From: Microcoleaceae cyanobacterium | Lineage (GTDB): Bacteria; Cyanobacteriota; Cyanobacteriia; Cyanobacteriales; Microcoleaceae | NCBI GenBank assembly: GCA_051652765.1 | Contig: JBOFUV010000022.1 | Span: forward strand, 1-64,000 | Length of the DNA: 64,000 bases | Direction: 5' to 3' | Shown here: positions 53,376 through 62,443 of the stretch, piece by piece | Position numbering within the stretch: the first letter of the stretch is position 1 | Layout: each line of letters starts with the position of its first letter | Notes under the pieces: model-generated | Databases searched by the model: none | The model's input: only the letters and a program-made list of their open reading frames with translations | What the model was told of the DNA's origin: nothing | Position numbers and translations under genes: made by a program

Positions 53376-53849
53376 ATGAAGTACAGAACAGCCGATGAAA
53401 GTGATGTAGTTACTCTCGCAGAGATGCGGTGGGAATTTCAGACTGAGGACAATGACAACCCACCCATTGTTAGCAAGACTGAATTTGTAGAAGTTTGTAG
53501 TAATTTCCTACGACAGGGGTTGATCCAGAAGAACTGGGTTTACTGGATAGCCGAGGTAGAGAGAGAAATCGTTTCTCACATCTTTGTACAACGGGTTAGG
53601 GGAGTTCCAAGACCGTTCTGGCTAAACAATGCCTACGGCTATGTTTCAAATGTCTATACCAAGCCTGCCTACCGCAGACAAGGGATTGGAACAGAATTGA
53701 TGCAGCAAGTGCTGAATTGGGCAAGGCATCAAGAGATCGATGTTCTCATCGTCAGTATCAGTGAAGAGAGCGTAACCTTCTATGAACGTGCAGGCTTCAC
53801 AGCCAAGAATGAATGGATGGAGTGCATAATTAAGAACTATCCCGGTTGA
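53376..53849 (+). CDS. GNAT family N-acetyltransferase (cassette gene)
   Basis: NVYTKPAYRRQGIG, FYERAGF. Confidence 0.9.
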   Translation: MKYRTADESDVVTLAEMRWEFQTEDNDNPPIVSKTEFVEVCSNFLRQGLIQKNWVYWIAEVEREIVSHIFVQRVRGVPRPFWLNNAYGYVSNVYTKPAYRRQGIGTELMQQVLNWARHQEIDVLIVSISEESVTFYERAGFTAKNEWMECIIKNYPG

Positions 53850-53857
53850 GAGAGCAA

Positions 53858-53924
53858 ATGTTCCAAATTGATTTCACACCAGATGCGTTAGAGGATTTAC
53901 AACTTTTTAGACCATATGAACAAC
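53858..53924 (+). pseudogene. 5' fragment of a RelE/ParE-like toxin gene, cut at an inverted attC
   Basis: MFQIDFTPDALEDLQLFRPYEQ ends at the minus-strand GTT of attC 4. Confidence 0.6.
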
Positions 53925-54006
53925 GGCCTTGAGTTGAGCCGACGCAGATAGACTTTGGAACTCAGCCGATCACTTTAATACGTTCGGCTCCAACGATTGG
54001 TTAGCT
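53918..54006 (-). other. attC-like site 4 (inverted)
   Basis: Minus strand AGCTAAC-CAATCGTTGGAGCCGAACG ... CGTCGGCTCAACTCAAGGCC-GTTGTTC; stem with one extra A; 89 bp. Confidence 0.78.
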
Positions 54007-54221
54007 GGCTGGCGCTGAGCAACCTGCATCAATAGTCGTAATGCCTCGTTTACAGATTCTTCCGTAGGAAAAGCTTGAGATACGTCAGAATCAAGAAGAA
54101 CTAGATTTGTACCTGCTCGATAACGTTCAACATATTTTCCTCTTACGCCCCCACTGAGATGAGAGAAGTCATACTCAGGACGTAACTCATCTTCCATTTC
54201 GGCATCAATTTTCCTGTTCAT
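53970..54221 (-). CDS. BrnA-like antitoxin
   Basis: EDELRPEYDFS...GVRGKY...VLLDSDV...SVNEALR; overlaps brnT. Confidence 0.8.
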   Translation of the reverse strand: MNRKIDAEMEDELRPEYDFSHLSGGVRGKYVERYRAGTNLVLLDSDVSQAFPTEESVNEALRLLMQVAQRQPANQSLEPNVLK

Positions 54222-54480
54222 AGAACCTCCTTTCTGGTCGAGTCGCTTTTCGGGCGCTAATAATTCGTATGGTTTCTCCTCGGTCAGCATGAGCAACCAT
54301 TAGAAGCTGTTCAAACCTAGATACACCAATAATAACGTAACGGCTCTCTTCAATCGAATGATCTGGGTCGGGAAAGGTTACTGACAGCGAATCGTTAAAT
54401 ACAGTCGCCGCTTCTTCAAAGGAAACACCGTGTTTTCGATAGTTTGACTCAGCTTTGTCTGGGTTCCACTCAAATTCCAT
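54205..54480 (-). CDS. BrnT-family toxin
   Basis: MEFEWNPDKAESNYRKHGVSFEEA, IRIISARKAT. Confidence 0.92.
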   Translation of the reverse strand: MEFEWNPDKAESNYRKHGVSFEEAATVFNDSLSVTFPDPDHSIEESRYVIIGVSRFEQLLMVAHADRGETIRIISARKATRPERRFYEQEN

Positions 54481-54651
54481 GCGACATTGCTCACTATCCA
54501 TCAACCAAGTCTACCAACTAAATTTTCAGTCACACAATATAAATTTCATCTTTACGCAAAACTCTTACAAAGCACCCTGAAACACGATCTAGCAAAACGT
54601 CAAACTCGCTGTTTGGCATTCTCAGATCAAATGGAATCATATTAATTGGGA

Positions 54652-54837
54652 GTTCTGTATCCACGGCGAGGAATATGATTTATGAAAACCATTACCCTTC
54701 CAGAAAATCTTGCTGAGATTCGCTTGGTGTTTGAGCAAGCCAATGATGAAGACGTAATTATAAAATTGGCTGACGGGCGACAGTTCATGTTAAGTGCAAT
54801 TATCGTTTTGCAATTCAATTGTTTCAGCCTCTTATGA
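54652..54837 (+). pseudogene. 3' tail of the relE-like toxin (…IHGEEYDL*) and its truncated antitoxin (MKTITL… from 54682)
   Basis: ATGA overlap at 54682; MKTITLPENLAEIRLVFEQANDEDVIIKLADGRQFMLSAI, then loses similarity. Confidence 0.5.
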
Positions 54838-54851
54838 TACTAAACCAATTG

Positions 54852-55871
54852 CTAGCGTAGTAATTTCATTCCAGATGCTTTAGGGTCAAAGCCATCAGGA
54901 AAACGAGTAGGGCAAGGGTAAGCAGGAGAGGAAGTAATATCTAGACAGATGTTTTTGGGTGTTTTTGCGTCGGAGTAAAACGCCCCTTGCAGGTTAGCTC
55001 CATCCAGTTTTGCCCCTTGCAGATTGGCTCCACCCAGTCTTGCCCCTTGCAAATTGGCTTCCAACAGTCTTGCCCCTTGCAGATTAGCTTGCCACAGGAC
55101 TGCTCCTTGCAGATTAGCTTCAACTAAGCTGGCTCTGGGCAGTCGAACCTTTGCTAGATAAGCCTTTGCCAAGTCCACCCCATCTAAACTTTCAGCTTCC
55201 CACTTGGAACATAGCCAATCTTCAGATACACAGATCCAGGGGAAATGCAAACGCCAATTAGCCCCTGGTGAAGCATTCAAAAACTCTAGAGCAAGTATTC
55301 GTCCTCCGTTGCCACTTTGCCCTTGGGCGTTAGTTATCGTCTGCCACGCCAAATAAACTTGAGACTCACGACGCTGTTCCTCTAAACCGATATAAGTGAG
55401 TGCAGCAAATATAAGACCTAGGTTACCCAACAAACCCAACAAGCTGAGCAATGCCTGGTTCTCTCCCCAAGACAGTATGGGTTCCCAGATCCGCTTCTCC
55501 ATCTGGGTGAAAGGTTGAACGATGGAGTAAAGCTTTGACTTTAACGGAGGTTGTTCTGTCTCTTGCAGGCGCTGCTGAGAATCGATCAAGGTTTCAGAAT
55601 AATCAGGCTTGAGCTTTTTGGGGGTTGGCGTAGATGGCTGTTCATTACCTTTAGCATTAGCTGAATGGCACTGATCACGATCAGCCGCAAACTCCAAGCA
55701 GGCTCTTATATCAGTTTCTGTCAACTCCGGAAAATCGTCCATAATATCAGCGATAGACATACCAGCTGCAAGCCAAGCTAAAACCTCGTAAGCTGTAATC
55801 CGCGTCTGGCGAATGCAGGGCTTACCACCACGCTTATCGGGCTCAATCGTAATAATGTCGCGATAGCTCAT
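54852..55871 (-). CDS. DUF433 domain fused to a TM + pentapeptide-repeat protein
   Basis: IEPDKRGGKPCIR...DFPELTETDIRACLEFAAD; TM; ANLQG repeats. Confidence 0.8.
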   Translation of the reverse strand: MSYRDIITIEPDKRGGKPCIRQTRITAYEVLAWLAAGMSIADIMDDFPELTETDIRACLEFAADRDQCHSANAKGNEQPSTPTPKKLKPDYSETLIDSQQRLQETEQPPLKSKLYSIVQPFTQMEKRIWEPILSWGENQALLSLLGLLGNLGLIFAALTYIGLEEQRRESQVYLAWQTITNAQGQSGNGGRILALEFLNASPGANWRLHFPWICVSEDWLCSKWEAESLDGVDLAKAYLAKVRLPRASLVEANLQGAVLWQANLQGARLLEANLQGARLGGANLQGAKLDGANLQGAFYSDAKTPKNICLDITSSPAYPCPTRFPDGFDPKASGMKLLR

Positions 55872-55911
55872 AATATGGATAGGTTGTTTGTATATGCCTG
55901 AGTCTAGAGCA

Positions 55912-55998
55912 GGCTAACACCTCGCCGCAACGGACGGACGTTAGTTGGTCGGTCGAGAGCTGGAAGTTACTTGCCGCCGCTGAAGCGGAACGTTAGCT
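55912..55998 (+). other. attC-like site 5
   Basis: GGCTAAC-ACCTCGCCGCAACGGACGG ... CCGCCGCTGAAGCGGAAC-GTTAGCT; 87 bp. Confidence 0.72.
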
Positions 55999-56008
55999 GG
56001 ACAGGATC

Positions 56009-56470
56009 ATGACGAAGCTCAAAAATCGAGTCGGTAGCCAGGTCACCCTCTTCGGTCTGATAGCCTTCCTTCTCGTAACTCCAGCTTGTAATGGGAGTGA
56101 TGACCAACACCTCGCTGGACTCATCGCCGCTGAAGCTCAAAGAAGTGACCCTTCTATTGTTAGAATGTCTGCGCTGACTTCGTTTCCGTGGGAAAGGCTC
56201 TTCGTCTTTGCACCCTACACGACTGCTGAGGCAATCGAGGACGACCTAGGTTTTCAGTGGTCTCGATCAGACATGATCGAGATGGCCGACCATTTCTCTC
56301 TTTTGGTCTTCGTGAAGGACAAGAGTGTGGTGCGCTTTGTCGCGAAGTCCCGTAGCGGTGGAGACTTTGCGGAGTCATACCGTCAGGGTGGATTCTCGCG
56401 GGATGAAGCAGTGTTCCGTTGTTCAAAGGATTCGGCTGGGTGGCTACACTGTGTGGGAGGAGCCAGCTAA
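56009..56470 (+). CDS. Hypothetical lipoprotein (cassette gene)
   Basis: Lipobox-like LVTPAC; starts 8 nt after GTTAGCTGG; stop TAA lies inside the complementary CCAGCTAAC. Confidence 0.78.
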   Translation: MTKLKNRVGSQVTLFGLIAFLLVTPACNGSDDQHLAGLIAAEAQRSDPSIVRMSALTSFPWERLFVFAPYTTAEAIEDDLGFQWSRSDMIEMADHFSLLVFVKDKSVVRFVAKSRSGGDFAESYRQGGFSRDEAVFRCSKDSAGWLHCVGGAS

Positions 56471-56527
56471 CAGGCGGGTATAGTTCTGCACACATCTCCT
56501 CTGTCCACTCGCACCACAGGTCATGGC

Positions 56528-56564
56528 TTGGGAAAACTATTTGGGAAAACTATTTGGGAAAACT
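56528..56564. repeat. About 3 x 13-bp tandem repeat TTTGGGAAAACTA
   Basis: TTGGGAAAACTATTTGGGAAAACTATTTGGGAAAACT around a stop codon. Confidence 0.8.
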
Positions 56565-57209
56565 GTAGGATAACAGAACTGAGGTGGATTGCACCCCATT
56601 GGAATCGGTCATGGACTTAACCAACCCTAGATGATTGACATACCAGTAAGTCTTCTTCACTAAGGCTCCCCCTTGAATGACATCTGTCACCACTTTCATG
56701 GCCTGAAACTTACCCGCAGGAACATTCACTTCTTCAGCGGCTGCAACCTGGCTACTTTCAGAAATCTCAATTTGGTTCATACCTGTGCCTTGCCATTTCC
56801 AGGTATCGGCAACTGCCAAAGGATTCCGCAAGTACTGCCGAGTTGGCTGGAACACAGCTTCCTGCTTATTATTCACATAAAGCTCTTTGTGCATCAGCAC
56901 CCATCCGGGCGGCTTAGAATACCAGTCCTGAATGGGAAAACCAGAGCTAATTTCAACTTGGTAAAGAAAAGAGCCATCCGGTTGCTTTTCAAGTTGCAGA
57001 ACTTTTTGCGACCAGTTGGATTTTCCCCCGGTGTGACTTGTAGATTCATAGTTCCAAACTGCACCGACGGGCAACGGAAAATAATCTGGAGGGGGAACTT
57101 CGGGATACTGTGCTGAGGTTGTGGTGATCGTTAGCAAGAACATTGTCACAAACAAAACAACCCAAATCCAAAATTTTTTGATGAAAGAAATCAAAGAATT
57201 TTTCTTCAT
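56550..57209 (-). CDS. Hypothetical secreted beta-rich protein
   Basis: Signal peptide; DYFPLPVGAVWNY, EEVNVPAGKF, YWYVNHLGLVK. Confidence 0.75.
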   Translation of the reverse strand: MKKNSLISFIKKFWIWVVLFVTMFLLTITTTSAQYPEVPPPDYFPLPVGAVWNYESTSHTGGKSNWSQKVLQLEKQPDGSFLYQVEISSGFPIQDWYSKPPGWVLMHKELYVNNKQEAVFQPTRQYLRNPLAVADTWKWQGTGMNQIEISESSQVAAAEEVNVPAGKFQAMKVVTDVIQGGALVKKTYWYVNHLGLVKSMTDSNGVQSTSVLLSYSFPK

Positions 57210-57699
57210 AAGCTCCCATGCGAATAATCTTAGGTGATTCCCAACGACTTGATCTCTAGCATTCACGGATCGTCTCTCAACTTACGGCTCTCATCGTCAA
57301 CTTGCTGGTGCTTTCACAACTACAGACAAGGCCCAAACAACTGCCGAGAACGCTCTGAGCATTGTCCGATTGACAGATGACCTTGAAGAACAAGTGCAAG
57401 GATTGATGCGGAACTGTCGGGTCAAGAAGTAGGTTTTATACAGATCCGATTCCCTCTCCTCAGAACCATGCATACAACGTTCACTGTACATTAGCTCAAG
57501 AATATCTTGAGATTCAGTGTCTCGATTCTTAACAATCCTTGTGGATTGTCCTGATGGTTACCCTCGCAAACTCATTAGCTATTGAAAGTCAGTAAATTGA
57601 ATCTAACTGCTTCCTGATGAAGCCCACAGTCACTCGTTTGAGTGACAGAATTTATGGCTGGCCCAGAACGTATTCAAGGTTGTTCTAATGTCTTCGCAG

Positions 57700-57818
57700 T
57701 CCATCTTGGCGCAAAAATCTACCAAAATTACATCCATCTTGGCAAATTTCCAGGAAGTTAGTATATTGATTACTAGATCAAGCGCAAAAATCTACCAAAA
57801 TTACATCCATCTTGGCAA
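57700..57818 (+). promoter_or_regulatory. Duplicated 37-bp upstream element, putative regulator-binding direct repeats
   Basis: GCGCAAAAATCTACCAAAATTACATCCATCTTGGCAA at 57709 and 57782; TCCATCTTGGC occurs three times. Confidence 0.55.
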
Positions 57819-57869
57819 CTCCGATTCATGGAGCGCTCGGTAACCACTGATTTACTTAAGGAGAAGACC

Positions 57870-58295
57870 ATGCAGTTAAATCCCTATCTCAGTTTCAATG
57901 GACAATGCGAGGCTGCCTTCACGTTTTATGAGCAGTGTTTGGGTGGCAAGATTGAAGCGATGATGCCCTTTAAGGGTTCGCCCATGGCAGCGGAAACGCC
58001 TCCTGAATGGCACGATAAAATCATGCACGCTAGTCTCAGAGTCGGTAACGCAGCAGAGTTAATGGGGTCTGATTCTCCCCCTGAACATTACCAGGAACCC
58101 CAAGGTTGCTCTGTGTCGCTGCAATTTAATGATCTGGCAGAAGCAGAGCGTATCTTTTACGCCTTAGCCGAGAATGGAACCGTACAGATGCCGCTTCAGG
58201 AAACTTTCTGGGCTATCCGGTTTGGTATGCTTGTGGATCAATTTGGCATTCCGTGGATGATTAATTGTGACCACCCCGCCAACAGTGCGTCATAA
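57870..58295 (+). CDS. VOC family protein (PhnB-like)
   Basis: LNPYLSFNGQCEAA, IMHASL, ETFWAIRFGMLVDQFGIPWMIN; AAGGAG SD. Confidence 0.9.
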   Translation: MQLNPYLSFNGQCEAAFTFYEQCLGGKIEAMMPFKGSPMAAETPPEWHDKIMHASLRVGNAAELMGSDSPPEHYQEPQGCSVSLQFNDLAEAERIFYALAENGTVQMPLQETFWAIRFGMLVDQFGIPWMINCDHPANSAS

Positions 58296-58323
58296 AGATG
58301 CATCATAAAGATGCAAAATCGCT

Positions 58324-58349
58324 GATTCCCTACCCTAGGGTAGGGAATC
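58324..58349. repeat. Perfect 26-bp palindrome
   Basis: GATTCCCTACCCTAGGGTAGGGAATC. Confidence 0.85.
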
Positions 58350-58557
58350 GCTGGGAACGCCTGGAAATTCCTACATTTTGCCAGCGACGCGATCGCGGTC
58401 ATGTTAATCGCTCTGACTTCAAACCCTTAACATGCGGTACGGGTGTGATTCTTTTTTGCTCCCCCGCTGATCCCATTCTCCCTCACAAACAACTATCAGG
58501 CTAGTCAAGCAAATGTAGACAACAGGGGTTAACCTGGAAAAAGAATCATCTGGTCTT

Positions 58558-61500
58558 ATGCCGCTGAACCCCTCTGAGTTAGATCCCGTAACCTCCCCAC
58601 TGCGAAGCGTTCACACAACAAACTTTCCCGTGATTTTGTCTCAGTTGGGGATCTCCCTGGCAGTTTCCACCTATCAAGCGGGGAAAGTCATTCTGGTTCG
58701 GGCCGTTGACGACACCCTGAATACCCACTTTCGCCTGTTCAATCGACCCATGGGGTTAGCCGGGAACCAGGAAAAACTGGCCATTGGCACCGCCTTTCAA
58801 ATTATTGACCTGCGGAACGTGCCCGATGCAGCGGCGAAGCTCGAACCTGCGGGGAAACACGATGCCTGTTATCTGCCCCGTCAAATTCACATGACCGGTG
58901 ACATTGATATTCATGAGATGGCTTGGGCTGGAGACGAACTCTGGTTTATTAACACCCGATTTTCCTGTCTCTGCACCCTCGGGCATCCCAACAGTTTTGT
59001 GCCCCGCTGGCGACCCCCATTTGTCACGGCCTATGATTTGACGGATCGCTGTCACCTCAACGGTTTGGGGTTACGAGATGGCAAACCCAAATATGTGACA
59101 GCCCTGGGAGAGACAGACACCCCAGCGGGATGGCGACAAAATAAAGTCAATGGTGGGATTTTGATGGAGATCGACACCAATGAAATCCTGGTTCGAGGAA
59201 TTTCCATGCCTCACTCCCCTCGGTGGCATAGCAATCAACTTTGGGTGCTAGAATCGGGCAAAGGTTACCTCTCAACCGTTGATTCAAATCAGGGTCAATT
59301 AACCTCCGTTACCCAACTTCCAGGCTTTACGCGGGGCATTGATTTTTGGGGAGATCTTGCGTTTATTGGCCTGTCTCAAGTGCGGGAAACAGCGGTATTC
59401 AGCGGCTTAGAAATTGCCCAACATCCAGAGCGAATTTGTGGCATTTGGGTAGTGAATTTACAAACCGGAGAAATCCTGGCATTTCTCAGATTTGAAGCAG
59501 GGATACAAGAAATTTTTGCCATTACAATTCTCCCCAATTTGCGCTTTCCTGAAATCATTGAATGGGATGAAAACTTACTGTCCAGTACTTATGTCCTTCC
59601 AGATGTGGCTTTAGCCCAAATCGTCAAACCAACAGCAGAAAATATTGCCGCTGAGCAACATTTTATCCTGGGAAATCATCTGCATACCCAAGGAAAACTG
59701 CATGAAGCCGTTGTCCAATATCGCAATTGCTTAACCCTTAAACCCGACTTTCTCAGGGCTCAATACAACTTGGGAGTTGTGTTAGGAGATTTAGATCAGT
59801 ATCCAGAAGCAATTGAATTATTAAATCAAGTGATTGCTATTGAACCCCACCATGCCGAAGCCCATAACAGTTTGGGTTATGTTTACAGTAAACAAAGAAT
59901 CGTAGAAAAGGCGATTGAACACTATACAAAAGCTGTTCGTCTGGATGGTAGCTATGCCAAAGCTCACTTTAATCTGGGGATGAATTTGTTACAAGTTGGC
60001 GAGTTTGAACAGGGTTGGGCAGAATCCGAATGGCGTTGGAAAACAGCAGAATTTACCCCCTTTCAATGTCCTCAACCCCTCTGGCGTGGGGAGGATATTT
60101 CAGATAAAACGCTGCTTGTACATACGGAACAAGGGGCTGGAGATGCCATTCAGTTTAGTCGCTATCTTCCAATCGTAGCCAAACGATGTCAGCGGTTAAT
60201 TCTAGTTTGTACTCCATCATTAATAGAATTGTTTAAAACAGTAGAAGGAATTGATCAAATTCTCAATGCTGGAACATTAGGACTGAGGGAATTTGATGTC
60301 TATATTCCTTTGATGAGTTTACCCTTTGTCTTCAAGACAACTTTAGATACAATTCCAGCCGAAGTTCCTTACTTAAGCGTTCCTCAAACTCAGAATCAAC
60401 TTGAAATATTAAGATTAAATCAATCCTCTACAACCTTCAAAGTTGGCATTGTTTGGGCAGGTAGTCCAACCCATAAAAATGATGCTAATCGTTCTTGCCA
60501 ATTGACAGATTTTCTACCCATTTTACAACTGACTACTCAGATTCCAAATCTGGAATTCTACAGCTTGCAAAAAGGCGATCGCGCTTTGGATCTCCATCAG
60601 TTGTCGCCAGAGACTTCAGTGCATAACTCCGTTCATAACCTAGATTCTGTTCTGGAAACCTATGCAGATACGGCAGCCATTATTCAACAACTGGATTTAG
60701 TCATCAGCGTAGATACCTCCGTGGTGCATTTAGCGGGGGCCCTTGCTAAACCCGTGTGGACGTTGCTCTGTTACAATCCAGACTGGCGTTGGTTATTAGA
60801 TCGATCCGATACCCCCTGGTATCCCACCATGCGCTTGTTTCATCAGCCCCAACCGGGGGATTGGCAGAGCGTATTTCAACAACTTCGGCAGGAGCTAGCT
60901 CAACAGCTTGAAGGCGGTCTGCCACCTATTCAGCCCCCTGCGCCAACTTCCCGCCAACTCGGCATCACTTGGCCCATTGCCCTCCAGTCCGGTTGGGGAA
61001 CCTACGGCCTCAACTTAACCCTGGAGTTATGCCGAGCCAACTGGAAACCTGTTCTGCTAGCGCCAGTTGCAAATTGGGAAACCTTACAGCCGACCCATCA
61101 ATTTCAGCTTCAGTCCCTACTCCACAGTTCCCCCACTCGGCAAGTCCCGTTAGACCCATCCGGAGAGAAGGCTCTGAACTTGGATTTTCCAGTCCTCTGT
61201 GCCCTAGGCAATCAGTTCAATACTGCCGAGGAAATTGCTACACTTTCAAGCCCTAAGAAAATTGGATTAATCTTCTTCGAGGAGACTCAGATCACTCCAG
61301 CAGCAATTGAACGGGCCAAACAGTACCCGTTGATCGTGACGGGCTCTACATGGAACCAGCAAATTCTACAACACCAGGGAATTACTCATAGTGTCAAGGT
61401 GTTTCAGGGTATCGATCCAACCCTGTTCCATCCGGCTCCTAAATCCGGCTTGTTTGGCGATCGCTTCGTCATTTTTTCAGGGGGCAAGCTAGAATATCGC

Positions 61501-62115
61501 AAAGGCCAGGATATTGTGGTGGCAGCGTTCAGAGCCTTCCAGCAACGGCATTCGGATGCTTTGCTGGTTACTGCCTGGTACAACCATTGGCCCCAGTTTA
61601 TGGTTGGATTAGAGCAGGCAGGCCATGTGGTTGGAGTACCCCAGATCAATTCGAATGGTTCCTTGAGGCTGAAGGAATGGTTGGTCAGGAATGGCATCTC
61701 GGCAGCGGCTGTTGTGACTTTGGACGCTTTACCCAATGCACAAATGCCACAATTTTTGCGAGAAGCAGATGTTGCTCTGTTCACCAATCGGGCGGAAGGG
61801 GGCACGAATTTAGTTGCAATGGAGAGCTTGGCCTGTGGAATTCCAACGATTCTATCTGCCAATACTGGGCATCTTGATTTACTGGGTGAGCACTGTTATG
61901 GCTTGCATGATCAGACTTTAGTAGAATCTTCTGCCCTGACCTTCGGAACTGAAGGCTGGGGAGAGTCAGCCGTGGATGAAGTGGTAGAAGTTTTGGAGCA
62001 GGTTTATCAGAATCGCTCAGATGCAAATCACCGAGGTCAGCATGGGGCCGAGTGGATGCAGCGCTGGAGCTGGAAACATCAGGTTCAACAGTTGCTCCAG
62101 TCCCTTTCAGAATAG
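58558..62115 (+). CDS. TIGR03032-like domain + TPR + GT9-like + GT4-like glycosyltransferase fusion
   Basis: STYQAGK/DRCHLNGL/SMPHSPRW/PGFTRG; TPRs; EQGAGDAIQF and SVDTSVVHLAGAL/DWRW; GGKLEYRKGQD, EGGTNLVAMESLA. Confidence 0.85.
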   Translation: MPLNPSELDPVTSPLRSVHTTNFPVILSQLGISLAVSTYQAGKVILVRAVDDTLNTHFRLFNRPMGLAGNQEKLAIGTAFQIIDLRNVPDAAAKLEPAGKHDACYLPRQIHMTGDIDIHEMAWAGDELWFINTRFSCLCTLGHPNSFVPRWRPPFVTAYDLTDRCHLNGLGLRDGKPKYVTALGETDTPAGWRQNKVNGGILMEIDTNEILVRGISMPHSPRWHSNQLWVLESGKGYLSTVDSNQGQLTSVTQLPGFTRGIDFWGDLAFIGLSQVRETAVFSGLEIAQHPERICGIWVVNLQTGEILAFLRFEAGIQEIFAITILPNLRFPEIIEWDENLLSSTYVLPDVALAQIVKPTAENIAAEQHFILGNHLHTQGKLHEAVVQYRNCLTLKPDFLRAQYNLGVVLGDLDQYPEAIELLNQVIAIEPHHAEAHNSLGYVYSKQRIVEKAIEHYTKAVRLDGSYAKAHFNLGMNLLQVGEFEQGWAESEWRWKTAEFTPFQCPQPLWRGEDISDKTLLVHTEQGAGDAIQFSRYLPIVAKRCQRLILVCTPSLIELFKTVEGIDQILNAGTLGLREFDVYIPLMSLPFVFKTTLDTIPAEVPYLSVPQTQNQLEILRLNQSSTTFKVGIVWAGSPTHKNDANRSCQLTDFLPILQLTTQIPNLEFYSLQKGDRALDLHQLSPETSVHNSVHNLDSVLETYADTAAIIQQLDLVISVDTSVVHLAGALAKPVWTLLCYNPDWRWLLDRSDTPWYPTMRLFHQPQPGDWQSVFQQLRQELAQQLEGGLPPIQPPAPTSRQLGITWPIALQSGWGTYGLNLTLELCRANWKPVLLAPVANWETLQPTHQFQLQSLLHSSPTRQVPLDPSGEKALNLDFPVLCALGNQFNTAEEIATLSSPKKIGLIFFEETQITPAAIERAKQYPLIVTGSTWNQQILQHQGITHSVKVFQGIDPTLFHPAPKSGLFGDRFVIFSGGKLEYRKGQDIVVAAFRAFQQRHSDALLVTAWYNHWPQFMVGLEQAGHVVGVPQINSNGSLRLKEWLVRNGISAAAVVTLDALPNAQMPQFLREADVALFTNRAEGGTNLVAMESLACGIPTILSANTGHLDLLGEHCYGLHDQTLVESSALTFGTEGWGESAVDEVVEVLEQVYQNRSDANHRGQHGAEWMQRWSWKHQVQQLLQSLSE

Positions 62116-62122
62116 AAACAGA

Positions 62123-62366
62123 CTGATGAAGAACTTGTTCATTTCTGGTAGATGCCCCACCACTAAAACTTGTTACTCCCCCAGTAATTGTCAGCCCGTC
62201 AATTGTGACTATTTGGAATGTGACACTATTGCTATCGTTGATACTGAATAAAAGATGACGCTGGCTACAAAATTACCTGCCCCAATAATAATGTCATCAA
62301 AGCCATCCCCGTTCACATCTCCAGCACCACTCACAGAAAAACCAGAGCGGTCGTTCTCATCAATAT
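62123..62366 (-). pseudogene. Remnant of a large surface protein (FG-GAP repeat joined to a beta-helix-like fragment)
   Basis: IDENDRSGFSVSGAGDVNGDGFDDIIIGA; in another frame FSINDSNSVTFQIVTIDGLTITGGVTSFSGGGIY. Confidence 0.65.
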
Positions 62367-62443
62367 TCCGCCGTTTAAAATTTGTGTTTACCTTTTGCTG
62401 AACGGTGATCGCTGTAGTGTGGGGAATTTTTTGAATGGGATTC

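Noticed and set aside
54514..54522. 5' junction of the BrnTA cassette (minus strand TTTAGTTGG)
   Set aside because: Only a 7/9 match to the expected GTTAGCTGG and it lacks the G of GTT; too weak to call.
57270..57600. Possible gene remnant (HRQLAGAFTTTDKAQTTAENALSIVRL...)
   Set aside because: Looks coding-like but has no start, has stops, and matches no family I can name.
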